64,000 nucleotides of DNA from Moniliella sp. 'wahieum' (Eukaryota): assembly GCA_003971905.1 (NCBI GenBank), contig RSEE01000003.1:248001-312000 (forward strand), written 5' to 3'. A model generated the notes under the pieces. It saw only the letters and a program-made list of their open reading frames with translations. It searched no databases and was not told the origin of the DNA. Shown here in pieces: positions 13,340-27,290 of the stretch (position 1 is its first letter; every line of letters begins with the position of its first letter). A program made the translations under genes and the position numbers.

Positions 13340-15199
13340 ATGAGTGCTGCCCTGTGCGCGCGCGCGGTGCTGCGCTGCCTTGCGTGCCGGTGTGGCGCAT
13401 ATTCCTCACCTAGTGCTCCCAAAGCGCGGACGGGTCGCCGGGTCGTATTCTACTCCTGACCGCTGTCACTGGGTTTTACGGCCTGTCGGTCGTGGCTAGC
13501 GGGCAAAGCGAGCGCTACGCTGACTTCTTTGCGGAGAATGTACCTTATGGCGGACGCACCTGGACTTTTCGAGACCCACAACATTGATGATGCCTGTGGC
13601 AGCCGCAGGCCGTCGCCGATGGGCCCAGTCCATCTACAACAAAGGCAAGGACGTGTATGCATATCTCACTGGCGAGCATGCTAGGATGACAAGGATGCCG
13701 TCGTAATCGCTCCTGCCAAGGTCAAGGGTCCTGCGGTGCCCAAACAGGATGTTGCCAAGGGTGACCTGCGCGTCGAGCCGCCCCTCCCCCGGCACCTAAG
13801 GAGGAGCCTGCACCCTCCAAGGTGGAGGCGCTCGCGACCAAGGCCCAGGAGGCTGCCGCCGTAGCCAAGGCGCAGTTGGGAGTAGATAAGCCCGAGAAGA
13901 AGGATAACCTGTTGGTTTGGTTTCCCACTCTCCTGGCCCCAGTGATCGTCGTCTCAAGCCTGAGGAGGCACCGGCTGGCACACTTCGCCCCCCGCCAGGA
14001 GGGATCAAGCTTCCGTCCCTGGCGGGCAGTGTGACTTCGGGCCCGGCCGAGCCAATCATCCGCGAGTTGGCTACGACGATTGACGAGCTTGCTGCGGTTG
14101 TAGCTGCCACACCAGCTGGGGAAGCTGGCAGCACCCGCGCAGCGGGTGCGCTGCGCGAGGCTCAAGCCGACCTGCAGAAGCTCACGGCCCGTGTGGATGA
14201 GATCAAGGCGGCGGAGCAAGCCCGGCTGGACAAGGAGCTCAAGAATCTCCAGTCTAAGTACGAGGCGCAACTCAAGATGCAGCATGACAAGGCCGTCCGC
14301 CAGGCCGGAGAGAGCGATACGGCATGGGAGACGCGTCTCCAGGCCCAGTCTAAGGCTCTGCAGTCCGAGGCAGAGAAAAAGCTCAATGCGGAACTGACGA
14401 GCCAAGCGGCGCTGATCCACGAGCGCCTCTACAACGAGGTGGTCGCCCAGGGTGTGGCGCTTCAGAAGCGGTGGATCGATGAGATCGGCCAACGGGTCGA
14501 GCAAGAGCGTGGTGGACGTCTCGCTCGCCTTGACCAGTTGGCCAAGCAAGTCTCGAGCCTGCAGGATGCCACGGCTGCCGAGGCCAAGGCGCGGGACGAT
14601 GCCGCGCGCCTACGTCAACTGCAAAACGCAACAAGCGCTTTGGAGCATGCCACCCTCGCTCCTGGAGAATCAGCGGCTGCTTCCCCTCAGCCGTTCCGCG
14701 AGGAGCTGCGCGCTCTCAAGGAGGCCGTCTTGTCGGTGGAAAGACCGATGGAGAGGCACACAAGACGGATGCGCCCCTGCTTCATCCACTGCTAGACTGG
14801 CTTGATGGTCAATCGGCCCCGGACACTGGTGTAGCCTCGGCGCCCTACCTGAACGTGTGGTTTGTTGACCGCGTTGCGCCTGCGTTGCTCAGTGCCTCCT
14901 TGGTGCCACCCGAGGCCGGGCCGATTGCGCATGCTACATCGGCGGTGCTTGGACCACTGCTGTCGTACAACGCTGCGTTCACGCGCAACAACAAGACTGC
15001 TGCCGCCGTTGCCATTGCCCGCAACGCTCTCGAGCACAACCAGCTCGCGACCGCCACTGCTGCGCTTACCGGGCTCGAGGGCTGGCCTGCTCTGATTGCA
15101 CAAGACTGGCTCGCTGCTGCCCGGTCCCGGCTCGAGGTGCAACAAGCCATCGAGGCCATCAAGACTGAGACCCGTTTCGAATCTTTGCTGCTAGCCTAA
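13340..15199 (+). CDS. MIC60: MICOS subunit Mic60 (mitofilin)
   Basis: Presequence-like MSAALCARAVLR, TM region followed by YADFFAENVPY, long coiled coil, VEQERGGRLARLDQL, PFREELRALK, and C-terminal mitofilin motif ALTGLEGWPALIAQDWLAAARSRLEVQQAIEAI. Frameshifted. Confidence 0.92.
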
Positions 15200-15853
15200 A
15201 AACGTTTTTGTGCAAAATCAGCGATGGTACGCCAATTCATTCATTGGCCATGGTCAGAATATCCTTGTGGTTGGGCTTGGGAGTTGGGGGCGATAGTTCA
15301 GGTGAATCGAGGCGACTCTAGAGGGGTTGGGGATGGAGCGAGGCTGTTATCCTTTGTTCACGCAAAAAGGCACCATGATGTTGGAATATGAACCACAGTT
15401 GATATGGTTGTTCGTTGACCATTGAAGGACGGCTGGCGCAATGGTAGCGCGTCTGACTACGAATCTTTGTAATCAGGAGGTTGCAGGTTCGACCCCTGCG
15501 TCGTTCGACCCGACAAGGCGTCCCTTCCTTTTTATTTCTTAATCCCTGCAACGCCCGATCTACGTGCTGGTTCTTCACTCCATTCAGCGTGACCGCCTCG
15601 TCCAACCGCACAACTTGCATCGAATGCACCATCTCTCCAGCTCACGCAACAATCGTTACACATTTCAAGACAGAAAAAAAAACAAAGTGGGTAGGGAACG
15701 TAGAGCAAATGCGTTGGAGCCAAGAGGGAACGAAGATAAGAATAAGAGGTATGTCAAAGCTCAAGTGTACGAGCAGACTGATAAAAGACAACGTATGCGC
15801 CAGGGTGGAGTCCTGTGAAGGACCCAGGTAAGTTGGAGTATGGTCGTCTGTCT

Positions 15854-16374
15854 TCACCACAAGAACAAGGCAGTGCCCACCACCAAAGTAAGGGAGGCGA
15901 GTGGTACCCCCGCGCGCGCGCCAGCGTTCGGGTTGACGAGCTACTCATCAGGTTAGCCCAGGACAAGAAAGAGGTGGGGGTGGGGGGGAGACGCACCATC
16001 CGATTCGGGTCGTATCCAGGCTGGATGGGCCCAAGAGCGTTGGTAGGCATGCGGCAGAAGCTAGGGATGCGTAGGCTGCCGTGGGTTACCAGCCCGAGCA
16101 CTGTGGCGACGGGAATGTCGTAGCTGAAACTCGCTGGGCCTGGCTGGAGCGAGGGACCGACGCCGGTCAAGGCGGTGGGGACGGCGCCGATTGCACTGCT
16201 GTATGTTGTGACGGGGGTCCAGGTCACGGGTGGGACGAAGGGAGCACCACCATAGCTGTTGTTGGGCGTGGCAGCTGGGTTGGTCGTCTGTCCTGCCACG
16301 AGGGGCAGGAGGGCGGCCAAGAGCGCAACAAGAAGCGCAGCACACACAGTCGCCCTGCGGATGATGTCGTGCAT
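15854..16374 (-). CDS. Small secreted Pro/Thr-rich protein, probably GPI-anchored
   Basis: Signal peptide MHDIIRRATVCAALLVALLAALLPLVAG. Intron GTGCGT...GCTAAC...TAG near 15995-15941. Hydrophobic tail NAGARAGVPLASLTLVVGTALFLW*. Confidence 0.7.
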
Positions 16375-16886
16375 GACGGTGGCCAGGGTAACAAGGGAGG
16401 GGTGGAGGGGGTGGGTGTGGTCGTCGGGTGTCTGGATGCCAGAGCAGGAGGCTGGAAGTGAAAACCAGGATGTGGGGAAATGGATGCACTGTGCCCCGCC
16501 TTGCCTGCCGCCCCAAGCGAGCCCAAGCCTCACGCCGCGCCCCTGATGCATGATCACGGCAATTGATGGTTGATGATCCCATGGGCGATGCTTTTCATGA
16601 TCGCTGCCAGCACCTGGATTACGGCATCTCATACTCCGTACGATTACGTACACGGCTCAGTTCCGGTCTGATCGACTGATCGGCCATTCAAATTGCAAAG
16701 CGCATCAACTTGAAAGTTGAAGTTCAACATGCACGTTCGAGGTAACTCGACAGAGTCAACGCAACCAACACTTCGACACCCTCACCTCACGCGCCTCACG
16801 TGTGAGGCCCCTGAGGCCTCACACATCACACCTCGCTCGTGGCCATCAGTGTCCCATGTCGCTGTGGGAGTCGTATTGAACGAACC

Positions 16887-17450
16887 TTATCCAGTCCGTC
16901 TCTGTCCACATCCTAGCGGTTTGCACGCTCCCTCGCTGTGACCCGGGAAGGGTACGACGACTTCCAATAAACGAGAGCGTGCATGTCTCGTACACCAGCT
17001 GTGGTCAATGAGAAGTACGTCTTGTGCCTCTAAAAACCTCTTCCTAAGTAATCCTTCCAACTGTAGGCTTTCGAGGCCCTTTTCGAGTCCAGCAACCGCC
17101 TCAATCGTAAGGCCGAGGAGTGCATCGCCGTGGGACAAGAATTTGCTCCAATTTCTCAGTTGCTGGATTGCGGAGTCAGTTTTTTGGACGTGATTAGTAT
17201 ATGCGTGCAGCCGGCACCCCCGCTGTGTGGTGGGCGGGGGCCGCGGTGTGAAGGCGACGAAGTGCGACGCGCGCCCCCTGTCACACCATATGCCAAATAG
17301 GACGAGTCGGCAACGCCCCCACACACTCAAAACGACAGCAAATCTTCAGCACTAGCCGCGCCACTTCTGTTGGTGGCCATTGCGGTTGTGGTGTGCATCG
17401 AGGCCAGCTTAGACGAAGTAAACGCCTGTCCCAAAGGGCGGGGCTGTGGC
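16887..17450 (-). CDS. Possible hypothetical protein
   Basis: Globular-looking segment VQKTDSAIQQLRNWSKFLSHGDALLGLTIEAVAGLEKGLESLQLEGLLRKRFLEAQDVLLIDHSW, with upstream piece PTEVARLVLKICCRF. No family recognised. Confidence 0.3.
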
Positions 17451-17916
17451 CATCCTGATACACACACACATGAACGGCTTGGCACCTTATTATGATACAC
17501 AGTGAGTTGCGGCGGACCACCTGCCGCGCCTTCACTGGGCCGGGTACTGCTTTCACCTCTATCGGCTCAGCACAGAACAAAGATGCAGATGAGGCATGCT
17601 TCCGCTCCCCCCTCTGCCCCTTTCTCTTCAAGGGGCGGAGCGAGGCGGCTTGGTGTGGGTTGGGCGGCCTGGGTTGGACGTTGGCCTCTGGTTGTGGGGC
17701 GCTGAGGTAAGTGCCCATGGGGTACGGAGTGACTTGATCGATGATCCAAGGCGATTTTTGTGGCGCGCATCACACATCACATGTCACACACCATGTGCAT
17801 CACGCTTCAAGAGCTTGAAGCCTGAAGAGGCAGTAGGCGGCCAGCAAGCCAAGCAAGCGCCGCCCGTCGGAGCCACCGCGGCTGGACTGGCGGCCACCAC
17901 CACATGCGCAGTGCAC

Positions 17917-20900
17917 ATGCCCATGCCCATGCCCATGTCCATGCCCCTCTCCCCCGCCCACCACAGCTCGCCCTCCAGCACGCCCGACCCAGCTGCGCCG
18001 CTCCACCGCCGCTTCACCCGCTCCCTTTCCGACGCCTTCCCCTCCGACCTCGACGAGTCGGAGCAAGGCGCGCCCACTCTCCTCGCTGCCCCCTTACGTC
18101 TGGACCAAGTCCCGCCCGGAGCTTCCGATCCTGATATGGACATTCAGGATGGTGACCGAACCGTTTCGTCGCGCGTCGTACCCCGTATACGCCGTGCAAT
18201 TCCCACTGCTGCACCCGCCACCAGTGCAGCGCAGCGGCCTGCATCCGAATTTGGGCCGAGACAGACGCCCTTCCCTTCCCGCCCTGTTGCAGACCTTTCG
18301 CAAGTACGCTCCGGGCGCCCCAAAGAGCAACCTGTGGTCGTTCGCCAATATTCGCTCGAGACCCGCCTAGGATCAGGTGCATTCGGGACGGTGTGGAAGG
18401 GATTCAACCTCAAAACAGGGGAAGCCGTGGCGATCAAGAAGATTAATTCGGTGGGGGGCTACACCTCGACGCCCGAGGAACGGGAGGATGGGATGCGTCA
18501 AGCTAGAGACGAGATTCGCATTATGAAGCCTCTTCAGCACGAAAACATTGTTAAATACTTCGATGCGTTTGAGCAGCGCGACCCACAAGAGCAGCATGAG
18601 TCGCTCTACATTGTACTTGAGTATTGTGAGATCGGTTCGCTGCATCGTTGGTTCAAGCAACCAGGGCTGGATAATCGTGAGCGCTTGATTGCCAAGTTTA
18701 TGGGGCAGGTTCTCGATGGCCTTTCCTACCTTCACCATCAGGGTGTGATCCACCGCGACATCAAAGGGGACAATATTCTGCTGGTTAAGAATGCCCGCGT
18801 CAAGCTCGCCGACTTTGGTATTGCGACGGCTGTTGCAGCCGTCCAGGGGGACAAGGTCCAGGGAACGCCGTACTGGATGGCACCCGAGGCACTCATGTCC
18901 AAGCCGACTCCCAAATCGGACATTTGGAGTGTAGGATGTGTGGTGATTGAGTTGATGCAACACGGTCAACACCCGTGGCACCTCTTGACTGATATCAACG
19001 CCTCCTATCGTGCGCTCAATGGCCAGCACCCTGCCTTTCCTCCTGAAATCACTGAGCTGGGACGTGACTTTTTGCGGGTCTGTTTCCAAACTGATCAGGC
19101 CTTGCGACATGATGCCGACATGCTTGGTCGCCATCGGTGGATCCTCAACTCGAAGGATGGCCAGCCGAAGGGGTTCTACGAGGAATCGGCTACCCCCTCC
19201 AGCTCACCCGCAATGCCCGCATCACCTCCCCGCTCAGAGGAGGAGGAAAACTGGGATGAGGGGGATGAATGTGGTTGGAAGTTTCGGATCTTGTGCGCCT
19301 CGATCATCCGCAAACGTTCAACCCCAATGTGGTGCTGGTCTCAGAAACGGAAGCACGTGGCCGTCCATCAGTGGGATCGATCAGTGCGGCTGCGGCCAGC
19401 CGTGGGGCACCAAGTAAAACATCTTCGGTATCTACTGAGGAGCCATGGGACCAAGGCATCGACATGCTGGATTCGCGCCGGCTTTCCCTCCATCGTCCGG
19501 ACACGGCTGAACTTTCAGATCCTCTCTCTGACTCGGGGGACACGGGCTCGGAAGAAGGCATAGATGACCTCGAGCGCCGCCTCCTTGAAGATGAGGAAGA
19601 TGCAGAGGAGATGGAAGCCTGGAGTAGGGCACGGGAGGAGGCGGAGCGACGAAGGGAGGAAGTCATTCAATTGGTGGAAGACGTCAACGTATTCCCCTCG
19701 CTTGACGCATTGGAGGAAAGCCTCTTCCGTCTTCAGGAGCTATTTCAGGAAGACGCAAGGCAAAAACACACTTCTCGGCCCAGGGGCCTTCTCCCTGCTC
19801 GAGTTGATTGAAAAGGAGATTCTCCCTTGGCAGTGCTGCGGGTGCTTAATGTTTTGGCTTCGAATGATGTCGAGGCCCAGGAAGTCCTCTGCGTTATTGG
19901 GACTATCCCCGCCATCAAGCCATTCACTGAATCGCATTGCGACTATTCCCTTCGCCTCGAGGCTGGCCGCTTGTCACTACCATGTGTCTGTCGAAAGGAG
20001 AGCAGATCCGATTCCCAAACGCCCGGGCTAGCTTCTTTGCCCCTCGGACCATCTTATCATGTGGTGGGCTCAAGGCCATCGCTGATATGCTGGCAGAAAA
20101 CTACTCCGACGAAGGAAAGGAACTGGTTTGGTTTGGTGCAGCGTGCGTGCACAGTGTTCTTGGCCTCCCCGTATGTAACCTTCTTCCCGTTCTGCTTTTT
20201 CTCTCACAGCCCACATTGTCTGACCTCGTATTCAGGGCCGCAAAAGTACGTTCTGCAACTTGCTCGTCCGGCAAGCGGTACTTGACCCACTTTCGATTGC
20301 AATGCAGAATGTGACGAGTGATGCAGTCTCACCAGAGGCCAGCTCAGCTAGGAAGCATATCTTTAAGACGCTTAATATCCTCTCTCGTTCGGATACCCAG
20401 GTGCGAGTCCAGTTGGCCAAGGGATCTGTCCCCCGTCGTCTACTTCGAGTGATTGATTCAGATCATCTTTCATCCGAACCCGATTTACTGTACACGCTCT
20501 CCAATGTGTCAAGAACTTGAGTATGACACCTGAGTGTGCAGATGGTCTGCGCAAGAATGGAAATGCTGTCGAGATCCTGACCCATCTCTTAATCCGTCAC
20601 TTGAGCGACGAGGATCACCGTGCCGCCGATGAAATCATCACGGCTTTATACTATTTGTGCCGCCTCCCTCCCCTGGGGCAAAGGGAGTCCCGAGATGCTC
20701 CCTTGGAAGAAGCGGCAGAGGCGGGGGTGGTACCCGTGCTACTAAATGTGGCCAACTCACTCTCTAGTCGTCAGAGTGTGGTCAAACCGTTTGCTGTGTC
20801 AATGTTGTGCGATATGGCGCAAGCTGGGAATGCAACGCGGCAAAAGTTGTGGCCCAAAGCATTGGAGCAGTACCTGGAAATGATTTCGACGGATTACTGG

Positions 20901-22545
20901 GCCCGGCAACAAAGCGACATTCCTTTGGCCAAAGGCGTAAGCCAAACGTCTGACTACCATTCTCAAGCTCAGGCCATGACCTCGATCTGTGCTTGGCTTC
21001 AGGCTGACTTTGCACGAATCGAGCATGTTCTCCTCAAACCCGCTAACCTTGAACGTTTGGCCCAGTACATCCAATCGGGCGTGGATGCTGCCTCGACCGG
21101 GGCCTCGTCTGACTTGCTCTCTCCTTTCCTGCGCCTCACTCGACTGGCGCCCAAAGTCATCGCGGCCCTGGTTTCTTATGACAATGTGATCCGCTGTATC
21201 GAGTCCGGCTTACACGAGAAATCTAATGCAACACACAAACGAAAGAACGATACCCGACTCAACCTTCTTCGCTTGGTGCGGGCAATGGTCGAGGCTCACC
21301 CCCAGGGACGATATGTCCTCCACAAGACCAACTTGTTATCCACTCTACGAGCTCTCGAGGTCAGTACGGACGAAGGAGCAGTCATCGTCAAAGGCTTAGC
21401 AACCGAGATCCTCCGTGCTCAGTCGCCCGAATCTTCGCCCCTCCCGCCTCAAGACGATGAAGCCGAGATGCTTCAGCACATACCAGGCAGGCCTCATCGG
21501 AGATCGGCGACTTCCGTCCGAGGGTGTCAAGCCAGTCGAGGTTTGCTACTAGCTCTCTTGCCTCCCCACGCCAGTCCATTGTCCCACCCCTTGGTACTCG
21601 GCGACCAACCCAACTCTCCATCAATAACGTAGACCGAAAGAGAAGGGAGGGAACGCGCTCTCCTCCTTCGCCCTTGTTACCCGCACTGCCTCTATCTCCC
21701 ACCACCGGGTGATCACAACCCCATTGCCCTCGCCCCGCCCCCTTCCCAGTCCCCGTCTCCCTGTCTCTCCGACGAGGGAAGAACGACCCCTCAGTGGCCT
21801 GCCCTCGTCCAAGTCGAGCCCGGCGATTGGATCCGGCGTCCATGGGAGGCGAGTGCTCCGCACGCTCCCCTCCAACCATCACCTCATGCGCGTTCCCGCT
21901 ACGGTGCCAGCGCCGACTTGACGCCTCGCCGTGAGGAGGTGATGAGCTTCGGTTCAGCTTTGTCCACGCAACATGCCCGTGCACGCTCCGGGTCTGAATA
22001 TTCCCCCACCCTTAGCACCGAGAGGGAGGTATCCGAAAGCGCCCCGGCTCTACCTGCGCGTCGCCCCTCATCACATGCGCCAGCCCAAGCAAGATCCTCT
22101 CTACCTGTCCCTAAGACGAGCAAGGTGTCCTTGATAAATGGTGTGGGGGCTCGCCGTGCCACCGCGGGGTCGCCTACTGCTCGCTCATCAGATGGAAACG
22201 CAGCCCGACGGAGCATGCCCATTCACCCGACTGGTTCTTTTTACGCGGGGGGCGGGCTGATGGTCAACCCCCCTCTCGTTTGGGCTCCCCCCACTCGTCT
22301 AACATGGGATCGTCCCCACCTTCGGATGGTGGAGCGTTTAAACCCAGTGATCGGCCCGGGACTGGGTCCTCGTCTCCGACCCTTCTCGCCGGCCCATTTT
22401 AGCTTCCTCACGTTTGTTTGCCTCCCATGTCTCGGGTCTGCCGCGCATGCCGTCGCACCCTGTCTTGGGTACCGCTCGCGCCCTTCCCCAGCGCCGATTT
22501 ACCTCTGTGGCCCAGCGCAAGCGAGACCCTGATAGTTCGAGCTAA
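17917..22545 (+). CDS. Ser/Thr kinase, Cdc15/Cdc7(pombe)/SepH-like STE kinase with C-terminal ARM-like region
   Basis: LGSGAFGTVWKG, VAIKKI, HENIVKY, HRDIKGDNIL, KLADFG, GTPYWMAPE, SDIWSVGC. Helical region QEVLCVIGTIPAI...LEEAAEAGVVPVL...RLNLLRLV. S/P-rich tail. Several frameshifts, so the end is approximate. Confidence 0.88.
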
Positions 22546-24339
22546 GCTGGAGTGATACCCTGCCACGCCTCGCCTCTGAGCCTCTGCCACTACGTTTCGG
22601 ATCATACCCATGATGCATGTTCCTTCTAGATCTTATGCCTCAAAGCCACTACGCTTCCAATCAAAGGCATTTATGTGTTCAATATCAGATGCAAAGCAAA
22701 ACAAAGCAAAGCAAAGCAAAGAGAGTAACTAGTCCTCTACACTCCCGTAGGTTGCCCTGCTCCTCTCAAAGGGGTCGTCTTGCCATCCTCACGCCAGTGG
22801 GCATGGAATGGGTCAAAAGTGGCAGTCCCACCAACTGTTCACGATCGTTGCCGTTTTGACCGGGTGCTAGGGGATATACCCTCCCCCCCCCCCGATTGTC
22901 ACATGCGTCATCATTACATGGCAATCGAAATTTCTGGTGCACAATCTTGTGGGCCTTGCCCACCTTGAATTTCGTACGTAGTCCTCACATCTATCCGGAA
23001 CCTTGTTACCGGCATTTTCGATTAGCTATGTACTAGTATCACGCTTTATAGTTCTCAGCGATGTATACTTCTCCCTCTCAGTACGATTGATACCTTTTCA
23101 AGGGAAAGCATACCAACATGATCGTAATTCATCTTGAGGAGCAATGCCTTGTCCTTCGACGGACAAGGTGAAAAGGGCGTTCAGAACCATACCAGCCCGT
23201 CGGTAAAGCACAGTCATGGTCGTAGTGTCGTAGTGGAAAATGACAATAGTAGAGACTCATTAGTAACCTTGCCTGCCCGCATCAGAAAAGTATTGGAAAT
23301 GGAGCAAGAGCCATCCAGCATAACACGGCCAAACCGATTGAGACTCGCACAGACGGCCATGGTGCGAATGTTAGTACAGCCGAGCGCCGTAAAGGCGCCT
23401 CTCTCTCTTTGACATTGAAGGAATAGATCGATGAAGCTGGAGCAACAATAACCCAAAGAGCATCTTGTTTGCTTGCATCCCCAATCCACCGCCAACGCTG
23501 TTTCGACCAAGATTATGTGCATGGAGGTAAGGAGGTGCAAATGCAATCCACATCCCGACCAAGTCTGGGCGTGCCGGGTTAAGACTTGTGCACACAATTG
23601 CATTGGTCCTGGCAATATGGATGCAACTGCCAGATCTACGTTAAGTTTTGGCAGAGGGTGGGGGGCGCGTCCTGTATAGAAGGGTCCTGAAGATTTACTG
23701 GCGATTCCCTGATTTCTTAAACGGGGTTGGCGCTAACAAGCAACATACACCGGATGAACGGGTCGGTTTAGGCGGAGCGTTTCTTGTCCCAGCATTAATC
23801 TCTGTCAATGATATGGTTACCGTATAGAGAAGGGAGAGGATAGCTGTGCTATATGAGTGCGACTTCAGTTGGGAGCACTCGGGGATCCATCCTATGGCAA
23901 AGCAGTCTTCAGACAAGGCGTGAAGTGGTGAGCCACAAGTCTTGAAGCAATGTCGCGAGGGAAGGAGACAGGATACAGAAGAGCGAGATGGGCAAGCAGG
24001 GGGTGCGAGCGCACTCTTCTGCCCAGCTACTAGGCGAGTGCCACCGCTCACCGATCACCTGAGGGCCGTGCGCTGAAACCCTAGCATTCCAGAACAGCGT
24101 CGAAGGAGGTGGGTGATCTCATGTTGCATGTGTGATGGTGCGGACACTGGTGTGGCGCTCAGTCGGAGTACTCGACCAGCGAGGCCTGAGGTGGGGCGAA
24201 TGCGAGCCTGAACGTCTGGACGATGAAAAGCGCTGCGGGTACAACGGAGGACCACCATCCAATGGACGTATGAACAGTGAATGCCGTAACAGGCCGAAAA
24301 CACTCCCATCGCCTCTGAACACACTCCCACCATCTCCTC

Positions 24340-26683
24340 ATGTCCTCGGTTCTGTTCAAGAAAAAGCGCCGCGGTGCCCCTGGCTCCGCATCAGGGGCTG
24401 CTGCCCCGTCAGCCTCGGAGCTCGCGCAGGGGGAGCCGAAGACCGCTCCTCCCGAGTCGGACGAGGATGAAGCCGCTGCAGGACCGGCCGTGGTCCGGCG
24501 CGGCGGCAAGCACGGCGCAGCAGGGAGCTCGCGCAAGGAGCGCGTGCTTGCTGCTTCCCACGACGCCACCTCCAAGCCTAGCCTCCAGGAGGCGGCCCAT
24601 GCTACACGTGTGCTGCTGAATCATGCGTCGCTGGAGGAGGTGCGTACCCTCTTTGATGGCGGAAATAAGAACTGACTCTGTTTTTGTGCAGGAGGAAGGG
24701 GATACGTTCCAGTTGCGCAGGTCCAAGCTCTCCCAAGCTGTGCGGGATCGGACGGCGGGTGTGGCGGTGACCACGCCGGATGTGACACCAGAGGTCTCAG
24801 GCGACGCGCCCAATGAGGGGGGAGTCCAGTACACGAGCGCATACCTGGCCAATTTGAAGGCATCTACTCCTTCTTTGCACCAGAGCGATACGGGCACCCC
24901 ACACGATGATGTTACCAAGGGTGTGGAGCCCCAGGCACAAACGGTTATCCCCTCGGACCGGGCGGTCGAGGCGGCCAAGCAACAGCGAGCACAAGCGCTG
25001 AGCCGAGCAAACGCGGTTGGGGAGGGGGACGACTTCGTCTCTCTTGGCTCAGGGGCGGAAGGCAGCCGTCTGGTGCGCGAGACGGGATCCGATTCGGATG
25101 AGTATGATACATTTGTGGCGGACGAACAAGCGTTGGGGTTGAGTCGGCAGGCCCGACGGCACAACGCCGAGGAGGAACGCAAAAAAATATCCCAGGCCTT
25201 GGAGAATGTTCATCTCGGTCCCAGTGCCAGTGGGGCAAAGGGTGAAGACAATGAGGGGGATAATGAGGAGGAATTGGCATGGGAGGCTGCTCAATTGGCC
25301 AAGTTCCAGGATTCCGTTCCCATGCCCAAGCGTGCCCAATCCAAACCGGACGAGTACGTACCTGCGCCCTTGCCCGAGGAGCGGCCTGTGCCGGCACTTT
25401 CCACCCCGCATACAGCCCTCCGGGCCAAACTGGATGAAGTGAAGACAAGCGTTTCACACCGGCAAAACCTCATCCATGATTCCCAACAACTGTCCGAGGA
25501 GCTGAAGGAAGAGCAAGAGGCGAATCGCGTGGCGGTCGAAGCAGCGGCGAAGAAGAGTGCCTGGTTCTCTGAACTTAATACGTTTGTCAAGGACTTGGAC
25601 AGTTTCCTAGCAGCCAAGTTCCCTTCCTTGCTCGAACTTGAGCGGGAAATTGTGAACATCGCTCTCGGCAACGGGTCGAGGCAGCGGGAAGCCCAGGCCA
25701 GTTTGTTCGATATGTACACTGCAGCTGCCGGCCGGCCGGTCTGGCCCCATGTTTTCCTGATTGGCATACCTACCGAACGACTCTTTACCCCGATTACAAA
25801 GATATCTTTCAAAGCCGCTGGAAGCAAATTTGGTCGGACGTGGACTCCCCTGAGTTTCGTTCTGCGGTCGCCGGCCTGCCTGCCCCCCCCAAGCCGAGCT
25901 CCCCAGACGACAAAGGAATGCAATCGTTGGTTGGTCGCTTCTCCGCCTGGCGGGAACGGTACCCAGAGGAGTACACGGCTGCCTGGGGCGGGCTTTCGCT
26001 GGCCCAAGCATGGTCCTTCCTGGCGATCGGAAGTGCTGGCCTTGCTGATGGAATCCCCTGAGCTGCCCTCGGTGCAGAAATTGATTTCCCTGCCTTGGCT
26101 GCAGCAGGCACGGGCGTACGCCTCCCGCGCTTGGCCCACGGCAAGCGGTTCAGACCAGAATATCGGGGGGGACGAAGAATTGGTGCAGGTTCTGATTCGG
26201 GAGGCCATCTTGGTCCCCTTGGCCAATCTCATCTCGGGTCATGTACCGAACGAGAACGAGGACACGCCGCCTAGGGGATGGAATCCTTGGGACGAGAAGC
26301 CCAACCCGCGTCTTGCCCTGCTGATGAAGGGCCTGCTCCAAGCGGGGGCAGCGGAGGAGGACGTGCATGCCCTGGCGCTCATTGCGTTGGAGCAGGTGGG
26401 CTCGTGGGTCGATGCCTTGAAGTTGGCTACTGTGCAGTCGCATTTCAAGTTCCCGATGGGAATCCAAGTCATCTTGCTTGTCGAAAACATCTGGCCTTGG
26501 CTAAGCCTCCTTCCATTTGAGGGGCAGCACCATGACCAGATCACGACTGTGCTCGCCAACATTGACTCGCTTATTTCCCTCCAATTCCAGGGGCGATCCG
26601 CTGATGCGCGGGAGGAGTGCCTCCGTATTCCCAAAGCGATGCCGTACCTCCCGCTTAGCAGGGCCCTGGCCGAACGGAAATGA
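24340..26683 (+). CDS. Ntr2/GCFC-family spliceosome disassembly factor
   Basis: MSSVLFKKKRR start; YTSAYLANLKASTPS; GDDFVSL...SRLVRE; WEAAQL; WFSELNTFVKDLDSFLAAKFPSLLELE; alternative-frame RFSAWRERYPEEYTAAWGGLSLAQAW (GCFC-like). Confidence 0.82.
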
Positions 26684-27054
26684 GCTGGAGGATGGCCTGC
26701 AGGTTGCCAAAACACGCCGTCGGTCTGGGTGCGTGTTGTAGAGGCTCCCAGCACAGACCCCGCCCAGGCTTTTAGTATAGACCTGGTGGGCGTATACAGG
26801 AGGTCGAGGTGATAACACCAAGGCTCTCCATGAATTATTATTATGGGCTTGATGGGTGAAGCAATGGAGGTGCTAGGTAACGATGAAGTTTTGGTTCTCG
26901 TCGTTGGAAGGTAGCGGTGCTGGTGGGTTGTAGACGAACAATAATTGCGAGTGGGACAGTATACACGAGAGAGAGACTGGCAGCTGCACCTGGGCGCAGG
27001 GGGGCTGTCTTTCAGTTAGCGGGGGGGGACCAGTTCCAAGACCGCAGTGTATAT

Positions 27055-27290
27055 ACCGCGTTGAACGTTCAACACGTTGAGCACGCGCGAGCCCTCTCAG
27101 GAACTCAGGCCTGAACCTCAGACCTCAACCGGTTCAACGTGTTGAGTTCAACTTCAACCAACGTTCAACCAACGTTCGACGGCCTCAAGCTCAGGCCAAG
27201 AAGTTCAGTGAGCTCTCATTATTGGTTCAACGTGTTATTCAACGTGAACGCGTGAACGTTGAACGTTGAACGTTGAAGCTTGAAGCTTCC
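27055..27290. repeat. AACGTT/AAGCTT heptamer array region
   Basis: ttcaaccaacgttcaaccaacgttcg; aacgtgaacgcgtgaacgttgaacgttgaacgttgaagcttgaagctt. Confidence 0.85.

Noticed and set aside
15318..15831. ORFs between MIC60 and the secreted protein
   Set aside because: No recognisable motif or consistent frame. Probably convergent 3' UTRs.
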